Positions 53,231 through 64,000 of a DNA stretch of 64,000 bases are shown in pieces. Made by a program: the position numbers and the translations under genes. The notes beneath the pieces are model-generated. The model worked only from the letters and a program-made list of their open reading frames with translations. It was not told where the DNA came from and made no database searches. Origin of the DNA: Octopus bimaculoides (taxonomy: Eukaryota); NCBI RefSeq assembly GCF_001194135.2, contig NC_068981.1, positions 142,786,928 to 142,850,927 of the forward strand. The letters are read 5' to 3'. Within the stretch, counting starts at the first letter, position 1; the number at the start of each line of letters is the position of its first letter.

Positions 53231-54637
53231 AAGTTTATCTTTTCAATAGACATGAGCATGTCTAGATGCGCAACTCTATACATGAAAATACAGACATAAA
53301 ACATACAAATCTGCACATACATTCCTGCATACATACATGCATACATACATACATACATACATACATACATACACACAAAAATACCCTGTTGCTGATGTTG
53401 AGATTCCAATGAAGGAGCCTTGGCTCTAGATTAGGAACGGGTTTTATCTTTATTTTCAAGAAATATTGAAATAAATTGAATAATGACGTACATACATACA
53501 TACATACATACATACACACATACATTCATTCATACATACATACATACACACTTGTATATTCTCCACATACTTGTTGAATTCTTTACACTTTGAATTTGAA
53601 AATATTTCCTCAATCCTGCATACATATGTACATGTCTGTTTCTATGTGTGCAATTTTGTGCATTGTGTATATGTGTGCTTGTGTGTTAGTGTGTTAGGCA
53701 AGTATTCGTTTATTTTAGCGTAATGTATAACTGCTTTACATACATCAGCTGGTGCCATAATGCATGCCCTANNNNNNNNNNTATATATATAGTTACCATG
53801 GAAATATGTTTAGAAAGCCTATTTGTCATTACAAAATTTGTAAAACAAATGCTATAAAAAATTCCATTAAAACTTAAATATCTTATGACATTCGAGAAAT
53901 GTGTACTAACCGAATCACTAATTCTAACTATCGTCATAAAATTATAGCATTTAACTACATGAAAGTTGTTTGATATACGTACCTTTCATAGTCTCTTTCT
54001 CCCTTCATTTTTACCTACTTTGCAGGATCATATTCAGAAACTAAAATAGAATTCGTCGAAAATTTCAAAGGAACTTATTTATGTCTTTCTCTTATTAATC
54101 TACCGTTCGCTTTTTAGTATTTGTCCTCGGTTATGCCACACGCTGTAAAAACTTATTGCAAACTATTTCTTTCCTTCTTTCTTTCTTTCTGGCGTTCTTA
54201 ATAGTTGTTTTTGGTAATTATTTTTGTGAATTTAATTGACATTTGTCAGCATTACTTTTCGTAAGTTCGTAAAATTCTACATTGTTTGCTCTATATTTAA
54301 GTAGATGTATTTGCATTAATTTGTTATGTATTGATGACTAATTAAGTATATGGAAAATGCTCAATGTAGTCTATGGCAACGACAGGATAATTGGTTTGAA
54401 GCGTATAAAAGTAGCATATAGACGTCTTTCAATTAGCGATATTTGTTCCATTATATATTCTCTTGCCGAGTTCACTGACTTGAGAAAATAATACTTCTCT
54501 TAACAAAATATTCACTAGCTGTTTATTTCTGATTTCTATACCACTTCCTATATTTGTGTGTGTGCATGTATGTATGTATGTATGTGCCTATGTCTGTGAC
54601 TGGAGTGTGTGCATGTGTGTGTGTGCGTGTGAGTATC

Positions 54638-54682
<45 letters not shown>

Positions 54683-55728
54683 TAGTTTTAAGGAAAATAA
54701 CCAAGTTTCAAGAACTCATCGATAAAAATCCACTATCACATATAGAAAAATTAATAATTAAAAGCACAATAAATGAGTATAATATAAGGTAAAGTAAATA
54801 TCAAAAGATAAATATAATAAAAAGATTNNNNNNNNNNNNNNNNNNNNNNNNNNNNNNNNNNNNNNNNNNNNNNNNNNNNNNNNNNNNNNNNNNNNNNNNN
54901 NNNNNNNNNNNNNNNNNNNNNNNNNNNNNNNNNNNNNNNNNNNNNNNNNNNNNNNNNNNNNNNNNNNNNNNNNNNNNNNNNNNNNNNNNNNNNNNNNNNN
55001 NNNNNNNNNNNNNNNNNNNNNNNNNNNNNNNNNNNNNNNNNNNNNNNNNNNNNNNNNNNNNNNNNNNNNNNNNNNNNNNNNNNNNNNNNNNNNNNNNNNN
55101 NNNNNNNNNNNNNNNNNNNNNNNNNNNNNNNNNNNNNNNNNNNNNNNNNNNNNNNNNNNNNNNNNNNNNNNNNNNNNNNNNNNNNNNNNNNNNNNNNNNN
55201 NNNNNNNNNNNNNNNNNNNNNNNNNNNNNNNNNNNNNNNNNNNNNNNNNNNNNNNNNNNNNNNNNNNNNNNNNNNNNNNNNNNNNNNNNNNNNNNNNNNN
55301 NNNNNNNNNNNNNNNNNNNNNNNNNNNNNNNNNNNNNNNNNNNNNNNNNNNNNNNNNNNNNNNNNNNNNNNNNNNNNNNNNNNNNNNNNNNNNNNNNNNN
55401 NNNNNNNNNNNNNNNNNNNNNNNNNNNNNNNNNNNNNNNNNNNNNTATATATATAAACATATGGGTTATATTCATATAAAGGAAGAAAGAAAATAAAGAC
55501 TGGGAGGTTAACAATTGTTTATTATTAACAACAGATCATTCATCATCCCTTACAGTTGTTTCAATTAGTACTCAGTGAATTAATTAAGTATTAATTTCAT
55601 ATGACCTGAGCATACCAATGTATGATTATAAATGTGCTTATGAATCCATAAACTGAGGAAAAGATATCCTTCAAAAGACACCAAATAAATATTGGTAAAA
55701 TTCAATTATAAACATAATTTAAACATAC

Positions 55729-56199
55729 AGATATTCCATTGACAATCCAATAGTTTATGTTACAATATTACATAATATACTACGAATATAGTATATAACA
55801 TAACATAATTGTATATAAATAATTAGAAAACCATAAAAAGCCAACAGATTGTTTCGACTTATATATTTTTTTCTGTTATACATAATCACAGTCCCATTAT
55901 ATATATATAGTCACTTTAAGGTGTTTAGTTCATAAAAAGATGAAATTCCGTGTGAAAGGACGGTTGGATTATAAAAAAAATTAATTTATGAACCAAAGAC
56001 CCTGAAGTGACTAAATATATATAATGGAACTATGATTATGTATTTCAGAAAATATATAATAAAGTCGAAACAATTTGTTGGCCTTTTATAGTTTTTTACA
56101 AACATTTATATAATGTTATCTTATGTTATATATTATATTTATAGTATTTTATGTAATATTGTAATATAAATAAATTGTTGGATTTTCAGTAGAATATCT
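55729..56199. mobile_element. Large AT-rich fold-back element (~210-bp arms, ~48-bp spacer)
   Basis: 55729-55936 is an imperfect reverse complement of 55985-56199 (agatattc/gaatatct; gccaacagattgtttcgactt/aagtcgaaacaatttgttggc; gttcataaa/tttatgaac). Confidence 0.85.
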
Positions 56200-56985
56200 C
56201 TATATTTTATTTATCTTTATACAAACACACACACTCACACACACACCCACACACNNNNNNNNNNNNNNNNNNNNNNNNNNNNNNNNNNNNNNNNNNNNNN
56301 NNNNNNNNNNNNNNNNNNNNNNNNNNNNNNNNNNNNNNNNNNNNNNNNNNNNNNNNNNNNNNNNNNNNNNNNNNNNNNNNNNNNNNNNNNNNNNNNNNNN
56401 NNNNNNNNNNNNNNNNNNNNNNNNNNNNNNNNNNNNNNNNNNNNNNNNNNNNNNNNNNNNNNNNNNNNNNNNNNNNNNNNNNNNNNNNNNNNNNNNNNNN
56501 NNNNNNNNNNNNNNNNNNNNNNNNNNNNNNNNNNNNNNNNNNNNNNNNNNNNNNNNNNNNNNNNNNNNNNNNNNNNNNNNNNNNNNNNNNNNNNNNNNNN
56601 NNNNNNNNNNNNNNNNNNNNNNNNNNNNNNNNNNNNNNNNNNNNNNNNNNNNNNNNNNNNNNNNNNNNNNNNNNNNNNNNNNNNNNNNNNNNNNNNNNNN
56701 NNNNNNNNNNNNNNNNNNNNNNNNNNNNNNNNNNNNNNNNNNNNNNNNNNNNNNNNNNNNNNNNNNNNNNNNNNNNNNNNNNNNNNNNNNNNNNNNNNNN
56801 NNNNNNNNNNNNNNNNNNNNNNNNNNNNNNNNNNNNNNNNNNNNNNNNNNNNNNNNNNNNNNNNNNNNNNNNNNNNNNNNNNNNNNNNNNNNNNNNNNNN
56901 NNNNNNNNNNNNNNNNNNNNNNNNNNNNNNNNNNNNNNNNNNNNNNNNNNNNNNNNNNNNNNNNNNNNNNNNNNNNNNNNNNNNN

Positions 56986-57018
<33 letters not shown>

Positions 57019-57042
57019 ATATGTATATATATACATTTATAT

Positions 57043-57130
57043 AGGTGTGGCTGTGTACTAAGAAGTTTGCTTCCCAACCACATAGCTCCGGGTTCGGTCC
57101 CACTGCGTGGCACCTTGGGAAAGTGTCTTC
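57043..57130 (+). mobile_element. tRNA-derived SINE (family A) 5' part
   Basis: tgtggctgtgtactaagaagtttgcttcccaaccac...gggttcggtcccactgcgtggcaccttgggaaagtgtctt; B-box-like GGTTCGGTCC. Confidence 0.8.
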
Positions 57131-57382
57131 CAATGAATTATACTGCGCATCCCTACATGTGCATGTACAAATATCAAAACAAACCTAACTTCACCACACA
57201 CTCTTCCGTCTCCTTTCTCTCATCTGTCACTTTCTATTCTTCTCTACCATACATACAGAACTCCTCACATATCCCAGTGAACCTTTTGATTCATGAAAAT
57301 TCATAAACGTCTATCAGTTATCCATTCGTTCGCTTCCTGCTGTAATGCTATATCGCCTGAAGAAATTAACTATGACCCGCTT

Positions 57383-58187
57383 GACATCCATGAATATTAC
57401 GGATTTTACAGTAATCATAACAGAAATACGCATGCTGTTCTTAAGGACCATTGAAACGCGCGTAAACATGCATTAAAATATTTATAAATTTCTTTCATAG
57501 ATGTAGGTTTGTTGCTGACCAGAAGATGTAACCATCTGGAAGGGATGTTCTCGTCATTACTTTCTACTAACGGGTAGCCCCATGTGACTCCGTGCGTGAT
57601 CGACCCTACACGACCGGCGTGTCCCCGACTTTCCGCCGCCGCCCTGCCCGCCCTAAATTGAACGCCCTCACCCTTGCTGTCACCCTCGTCTTACGCTTCC
57701 GTCCTCGATAGCTTCGCTCGCTGGCCTGCCGGCAGCCGCCGCCGTTTCGTTCGTTCGTCCTCTCACCATCGAATGTTCGGTTTCTTCCTCGCCTGCGCCT
57801 AGCCATCGTCGCTGCCGTGCGCCTACACGCATTTGCTCGCGCAGCCTGGACCGCGGCGCATCGCTTCGCGATTCCTGCATGACAACTACGTCGACGTGCT
57901 CTTCCTCACCTCTCCCTTACTACCATCTCCCCGTACGCCGCCGGTTGGCCGCACGCTTCGGTAGCTTGCTGGCCGACGCCGTTGCTGCTCCGCCGACCGC
58001 TTCGCTGCCGTGGACGACTTCGTAGAACGTGCCTTCCGCGCTCGCTCGCGGGTTTCTGGACATCCATGAATACTATGGATTTTACAGTAATCATAACAGA
58101 AATACGGATTCTGTTCGTTAGGACCATCTGATTTAATGAAACGCGCGTAAACAAGTATTAAAATATCTATAAATTCCTTCCATAGAT
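57383..58187. other. GC/CpG-rich segment flanked by ~125-bp direct repeats; identity unknown
   Basis: Repeats 57383-57502 and 58059-58187; core ~57575-58058 is strikingly GC-rich compared with the rest of the window. Confidence 0.8.
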
Positions 58188-58189
58188 TA

Positions 58190-58304
58190 TTATTGTTGTT
58201 GCTGTTGTTGTTGTTGTTGCTGTTGTTCTTCTTCTTCTTCTTCTTCTTCTTCTTCTTCTTCTTCTTCTTCTTCTTCTTCTTCTTCTTCTTCTTCTTCTTC
58301 TTCG

Positions 58305-58376
<72 letters not shown>

Positions 58377-58385
58377 CATCATCAT
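58190..58385. repeat. Compound triplet microsatellite (GTT)(CTT)(ATT)(ATC)
   Basis: Direct reading. Confidence 0.95.
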
Positions 58386-58394
58386 TTACAGTTC

Positions 58395-58865
58395 CCTTTC
58401 ATTATAACTTTATTTCAGCTGCCTTAGTACCGGGCATCATCCGGAGGCCAAGATTAGCAAGGGCACATTTGTTTTGTTATGCATGCGAAAATTATCAACA
58501 TATTTATTCCATTTTAGAGGGAGAGTGCTTTCCGTCGTATATGGACTGTACCCATCTTTTTTGGTTCACAGAGATTGGAGTTACCAGGAAGTTGCTTAAT
58601 ATACTTCTCAGCCCCCTTCTTTATGATTCCCTACGCACCAATTACTAATGGTATTATCGTAACACTAAGCTTCTACATTTTTGTGATTTTAAATTGCAGA
58701 TCATTATAGTGACGAAGCTTTTCGTATAACTTTCTTGAGACAATTTGATCTTGTGGGACAGACATATTTATTAATAGACGAGTTCCTCTGTTGTAGTCCT
58801 TGATCACAATGTCTGGTCGATTGGAGTCGATTTTTTCTGTCTGTTTCTATCGGGAAGTTCTTATT
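58395..58865 (-). mobile_element. R4/Dong-type RLE 3' end (family Y-like)
   Basis: NFPIETDRK...RPDIVIKDY...MSVPQD...YNDLQFKITKM*KL...IPLVIGA*GIIKKGAEKYIKQLPG...HIRRKALSL*; 3' UTR and (GAT/AAT)n tail. Confidence 0.85.
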
Positions 58866-58869
58866 ATTC

Positions 58870-59405
58870 CTATTATTGTTGTTGTTGTTGCTATTATTTT
58901 GTTGTCTTTGCACAGCTTCTAATGCTGGAGATGTACTATGATGTCAGCTGTTCACTATAAGTGAACTAAGGTAACACCCTTTACTTTTCCAGCCTCATCC
59001 GGAGTATTAGAGCGGTTCCAAGCAGTGTTGTTTTCTGCAAGTTTTCCAAGATTATTGGAGTCCCTATTTAATCCATGTACTTCTCAAGATTTTTACTCAC
59101 TGTTCCCAGGGCTCCGACAATTTTTGGTACTACTACCACCTTGTTCATCGATCAAAACTACTTAACCTCCTAAGCTAACCTGTAATATCTATCGACTTTT
59201 CTTTTTTCTTTATCACATACCTTGTTATCAGCTGGGCATCCTATATCTATAATACGGCATTGTTTATTTCTTTCTCAGATAACACTGTTTGGTTTCCTCT
59301 TCTCTATTTCATGGTCGCACTGAATCATAAAATCCCACAGGATCTTTGTATTATCATTTTCGATGATGCCTTCGGCTTTATATTCGGGTGTTTGCTCTGT
59401 TATGT
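58870..59405 (-). mobile_element. R4/Dong-type RLE 3' end (family X)
   Basis: EGIIENDNTKILWDFMIQCDHEIEKRKP...VPKIVGALGTVSKNLEKY...LQKTTLLGTARILR; 3' UTR matches 21300-21370. Confidence 0.92.
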
Positions 59406-59475
59406 CCATATTTCTTGTTGTTGTTATTATTATTATCATTATCATCATCATCATCATCGTCGTCATCATCATCAT

Positions 59476-59557
<82 letters not shown>

Positions 59558-59670
59558 TAGTATCACTACTACTATTACTACTACTACTACTACTACTACT
59601 ACCACTACTACTACTACTACTACTGCTACTGCTGCTGCTACCGCTGCCACTACTACTACTACTACTGCTG

Positions 59671-59705
<35 letters not shown>

Positions 59706-59706
59706 G

Positions 59707-59754
<48 letters not shown>

Positions 59755-59780
59755 TTACTACAACTACCACTACTATTTTT
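59405..59780. repeat. Compound triplet array (ATC)(ATT)(ACT/GCT)
   Basis: Direct reading; source of the poly-T/S/V ORFs in the track. Confidence 0.95.
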
Positions 59781-59952
59781 TCCCAACATCATATCGGACG
59801 ATTAGGTACTTCCCCATAAAACAGCTCCTGCAAGTTGGTATCATAATGAAATAGGAGCTTTTATATGCGAACACAAAAACGTTTCCCGTCACCGAACTTA
59901 AAGGAAATGTGTGTGTGTGTATGTGTGTGTGTACGTGTGTGTGCGTGTGCGT

Positions 59953-60165
59953 GTACGAGGTGGGGAGCTGAAAATTCCTGGCATTGTTAAAATAAAATAC
60001 TCGAGGATCAGTTAATTATGATTTTATTTATCATATTCCACTCTCAGCTTCACACTCTTATTGTACCGGTCCTTCATTTGGGAAACTTCATTTGGAAATC
60101 CTTTCATTACTCACAATCAGTCGTCAATCAACATCTTTTTTTTTCCTTCTAACTGGAATGCGAGG
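59953..60165 (-). mobile_element. Mariner right end with the last transposase codons
   Basis: tacgagg..ctgaaaattcc TIR-like start; minus frame RYNKSVKLRVEYDN (cf. RW.KC..L.G.YVE). Confidence 0.55.
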
Positions 60166-60616
60166 TTTGTACTGATAATGCACGAAGTTGTAATAAGCAA
60201 CTCAGTGAATATTTTCTCACTCTTTAAGCCCTCTGCCCTGAGATATTTGTTTATTTATCGAAAGGATTAACCGGTAAGTTGAGTTAGGCTTGATTTGCAC
60301 TCATATCACTAAAGAGCCGTCGCAAATATCCAGATGTATTTTTTTCGACGTTCTAATGACTCAACAACCCCCACACAGTTTTATAGGTATATTATCTAAT
60401 AATGATTTCAAATTAATGTAACTTACGTTTCCTAGAGCTTGCAGACATGTAGAACGGACCTACATAACAATAAGATGCATAGATTAGAGTCAAACTACAC
60501 TTAGTGATTAGTATATATGACACCTACCAAATGTTTTGAGTGTCACTTTCATTTGTTTACATATTCACACATGTTAATGTATGAATGCACACACACACGT
60601 GTATATATACATACAT

Positions 60617-60662
<46 letters not shown>

Positions 60663-61599
60663 GGTTATATTAAAATTATTATCTTCCTACACTTATCTTT
60701 GTCACGGCATGGTAAAGTTATGAGAGTTAGAATTGTTTAAATCCCATTTAAATCCTTAATATAGATCACTGAATGCGTACTTATATACCTTGCTTTATAC
60801 CCACAAGTAGCTTAAATTTCGTAGAATGTTAATGGAAAACATTTTAGAGCAAATTGTAAGAATGTGTTAAAAAGAATTAAGAATGAATAATGAGCATTTT
60901 CATTCTATCCATCATGCGCTCGCGAAAACACATTTGCTATCAATAGGAAGATGGTAACTGAAGCGAAATGACGAACAAAATGGGAATTGTGAATAATGAG
61001 AAAATATACAAATCTAATTTTCTCACCACCCGTGTGCCTCTGACAAGAACATTCAAACTCGTATATTCATTATTTCCTGATACGGCAGGGTGACTTATGT
61101 GATGTTCATTTCTAACACACTTACTGTCTGGAGGGCAACTAATTATTTCAACAATCATTTCTGTTTTAGGATATCAAAGAAATAAAATCTAAGAACTACG
61201 GATGTCCAATAAACAAGTCATTAATTTCTCTTTTCTTTTAAAAAGTTCTTGGTTCTTATTTAGAATCTCCTGCTATTCTTACAATCATTTTGTCATAGCG
61301 TTTTATTTTATCTAGTGTTATTTTATATAAGAACATCACTTTTATTGCTGCACCAGAGAAACTTGACATAATGAAGCATTCAATCTACAACTGCAATTGT
61401 GGCTCTTCTACTCTTCATTATGGATCGTGGTTTCATATATTGTGCCAGTTAGATACAGTACGTATGTCTTCTAGAAATGTTGTTACGTTAAGAAGCAAGA
61501 AAGTGTGATTAAGATCATTCTAACTTGATAAGATTCCATTGGTGGCTTGTCGGACTAAAAAGTTTTAATTGGTTTCCTTGAATGATTCTATTTTCAAAG

Positions 61600-61945
61600 G
61601 TAGTAGTTAAAATAACACACCAACCCTCGTCCGTAGATGAAAGTAGCTGATGCAATTACTCTTTTACGCGTCTTCCACACTGTCTTTCAGCATGGCTACT
61701 ACACAGAAAAAAAAAAGCTTGCCACTCCTTGTTAAAGGAAGGAGGCGGTACAATCTTGATGATGGATCCAGCTGATAGCTATACTCTTTCTCGCATTGAC
61801 ATCAGCTGTTCGACATCGGCTATCAACTCCCTTATTTCCGCTCACTGCAAGAATATGTGCAGGAGAGTTTCACTGTTCCGCTCAAACTTCGGGCATGTCG
61901 GCGGGATGGACTAGCCGTGCCTTGACAGCCTCTCCCACCTGAGTT
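61600..61945 (-). mobile_element. L1/Tx1-clade LINE C-terminal fragment (copy A)
   Basis: ERLSRHG...CPKFERNSETLLHIFLQ...VEQLMS...SIIKIVPPPSF (zf-RVT-type knuckle). Confidence 0.8.
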
Positions 61946-61950
61946 CGATT

Positions 61951-62625
61951 TTCATTATTTGCCCACCAAGGGCCAACATAGAGGGGACAATGGAAGTCGT
62001 ACAAACAGAGATGTGTAGCGTGTTTGCTTTAACATGGATGGCGTGGGGTTAACACAAGATTAAAATCTAAGTAGATTGAAAAAGATCGAATGGGAGAAAA
62101 TGAAATTGAATAAATGAGAGGTTAAAAATTTATAATTTTCTGTAAACTGTTGCGTTGATCCACTGGCTTTGCGCGACATTCTATCCTCTTTTCTCGATGA
62201 AGCCTGGCTTCATTCGCTCGTAGTATGGTCAGTAAAGGCGTCCATCTTTTCGCAAACACGCTTTGCGATAGGTGTCTCCTGTCAAGACGAATTTTCCTGT
62301 TAAGGTTGTAGTTAAGATAACTCACCAACCCCCGTACGGGGATGAAGGTAACGGAGGCAATTCTTCCTTTTCCTCTTTCAGTATGGCTACTACACAGAAA
62401 AAACACATTTACCTCTCCTTGTTAAAGGAAGGAAGCGGTACAAACTTGATAATGGTTTTAGCCGATAGCTGTACTCTTTATCAGCTGATATCAGCTGCTG
62501 GACATCGGCTATCCGCTCCCTTAATTCCACACACTGCACGAACATGTGCAGGACAGTTTCAATGTCCCGCTCGCACTGACCCGCCCGCACTATCCCGCCC
62601 GCGTTGACAGCCTCTCCAACCTGAC
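61951..62625 (-). mobile_element. L1/Tx1-clade LINE 3' end (copy B) with putative 3' UTR and tail
   Basis: ORF 62390..62632 QCERDIETVLHMFVQC...VQQLIS; LNRKIRLDRRHLSQSVFAKRW; putative tail at 61951-61992. Confidence 0.82.
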
Positions 62626-62949
62626 GGCTCATCGTATTTATAAGATTTGTTCAGTCCACTGACAGACACGTGCGGGTGTGTCAGTTCACTCCACAACAAT
62701 TAGGCTGAGGTGTCACTTGACATCAAGAAAGAAGAAACTGCCGTCATGTACGTGCAATAGTGAATGTAGTATCGAGATAGAAAAATAAACAAACCATCCA
62801 GCGGTATACGACTTTCTTTGCTTTTCTGTGCCTCTCTCTCTCCCTCTCACTCACTCCATCTCCCCCCTCTCTCTCTCTCTCTTTTTCTTTTAAATTATTT
62901 ATATATTATATGCTGCATTAATATAAATTAACACTCTTCCCCAACAAAT

Positions 62950-63180
62950 TATCACCATGCATATATGATTTTGCGAATGGTATCAATGATAATGATTGAG
63001 ACTGTGACAATGATAACGAGTAATGTCATTGCGGTAGCCATCGGCTTCAGGATTAAAACAAGCATCACTATCATCCGATTTATTATGGTGGATATCACAA
63101 CCGATATTATATTAATAATATTATTACTGATGCCGATATAACTGACATTATTTCTCATAATCAATCTCACAAACGACATT

Positions 63181-63230
<50 letters not shown>

Positions 63231-63510
63231 CCTCATCGTCGTCGTCGTCGTCATCAACACCACCACCATCACCACCACCGCAATCATCATCATCATCATC
63301 ATCAGCATCAGCATCAGCATGATTATCAACGTCATCATCATCATCATCATCATTATCAACATCAAAACCGCCACCATCATCATCACCATCATCAGAAGCA
63401 GCAGCATTAATCATCAGCATTACCACGACCACAACTACCGCCTTCATCATCCTCTTCATCATCATCACAACCACCACAACCACCACCATCACCATCATCA
63501 TCATCATCAA
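62950..63510. repeat. Degenerate (ATC/CAT)n low-complexity tract
   Basis: Direct reading; source of the poly-M/D/H ORFs. Confidence 0.92.
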
Positions 63511-63559
63511 TCATCAAGAACGTAATCATAGTTTTTTTTTTTCAGAGTGAAATAAAAGC

Positions 63560-64000
63560 TATTTTGTTTCGTAGAACGAATGAACTTTAATCAATTAATT
63601 TATTTTTTCAATTTGTTCAAGGAACTATTGCCATCTTTCTGGCAACTTCATGATTCCGCGCTCATAGAATTCTGATCCTTATCAGCCAAAATCTGAAGGG
63701 GGTTCAGTTTGAGGTCATCATTATTGAAAGTTTTACCATTCAAAGAATTTTGCAAACTTCGAAATAAATAGTAATCTGATGGTGCAAGATCAGGGCTATA
63801 TGATGTATGTGACATCATTTCTCAACCAAGATTCAATATTTTTCCCGAGTTAGCAAAGACATGTGTGGTCGGGCGCTGTCATGGTGGAACTCGATTCCTT
63901 TAGCATTTACCAAATTTGGCCGGTTTTTTTATTATTGCTTCCTCCAGATTCATTAGTTGTTGAAAGTGAACATCTCAATTAATCGTTTGGTTCCTTGGAA
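63560..64000 (-). mobile_element. Mariner transposase C-terminal part, continuing beyond the window
   Basis: KGIEFHHDSARPH...SYSPDLAPSDYYLFRSLQNSLNGKTF...GIMKLPERWQ. Confidence 0.93.

Noticed and set aside
62952-63525. Poly-Met/Asp/His ORFs suggesting a His-rich or acidic protein
   Set aside because: Translations of a degenerate (ATC)n tract.

Overview
AT-rich animal (eukaryotic) genomic DNA with several assembly gaps (e.g. ~7990-8975, 18649-19439, 23921-24326, 30869-31783, 54828-55445, 56255-56985) and dense (TA)n/(CA)n/(GA)n/(AAT)n microsatellites. The repeat landscape looks cephalopod (Octopus-like); this is inference from pattern recognition, not a search. No intact protein-coding gene is recognisable; most long ORFs in the track are microsatellite or N-gap artefacts. 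The window is a graveyard of transposon fragments: five or six mariner pieces, a Tigger/pogo 5' end, four Penelope-like (PLE) pieces, six R4/Dong-type RLE non-LTR pieces, CR1/L2-type and L1/Tx1-type LINE pieces, several tRNA-derived SINEs and two AT-rich fold-back elements. Most notable: a ~130-bp module present four times between 16.0 and 22.3 kb whose consensus folds as a minimal type I hammerhead ribozyme. In an inverted PLE it follows the GIY-YIG stop, a tRNA-like head and (AAT)n; elsewhere it sits in the (AAT)n tails of R4/Dong elements. Also notable: a GC/CpG-rich island between ~125-bp direct repeats, a SINE sharing a 3' tail with a Tx1-like LINE, and weak plus-strand exon candidates at 41-52 kb.
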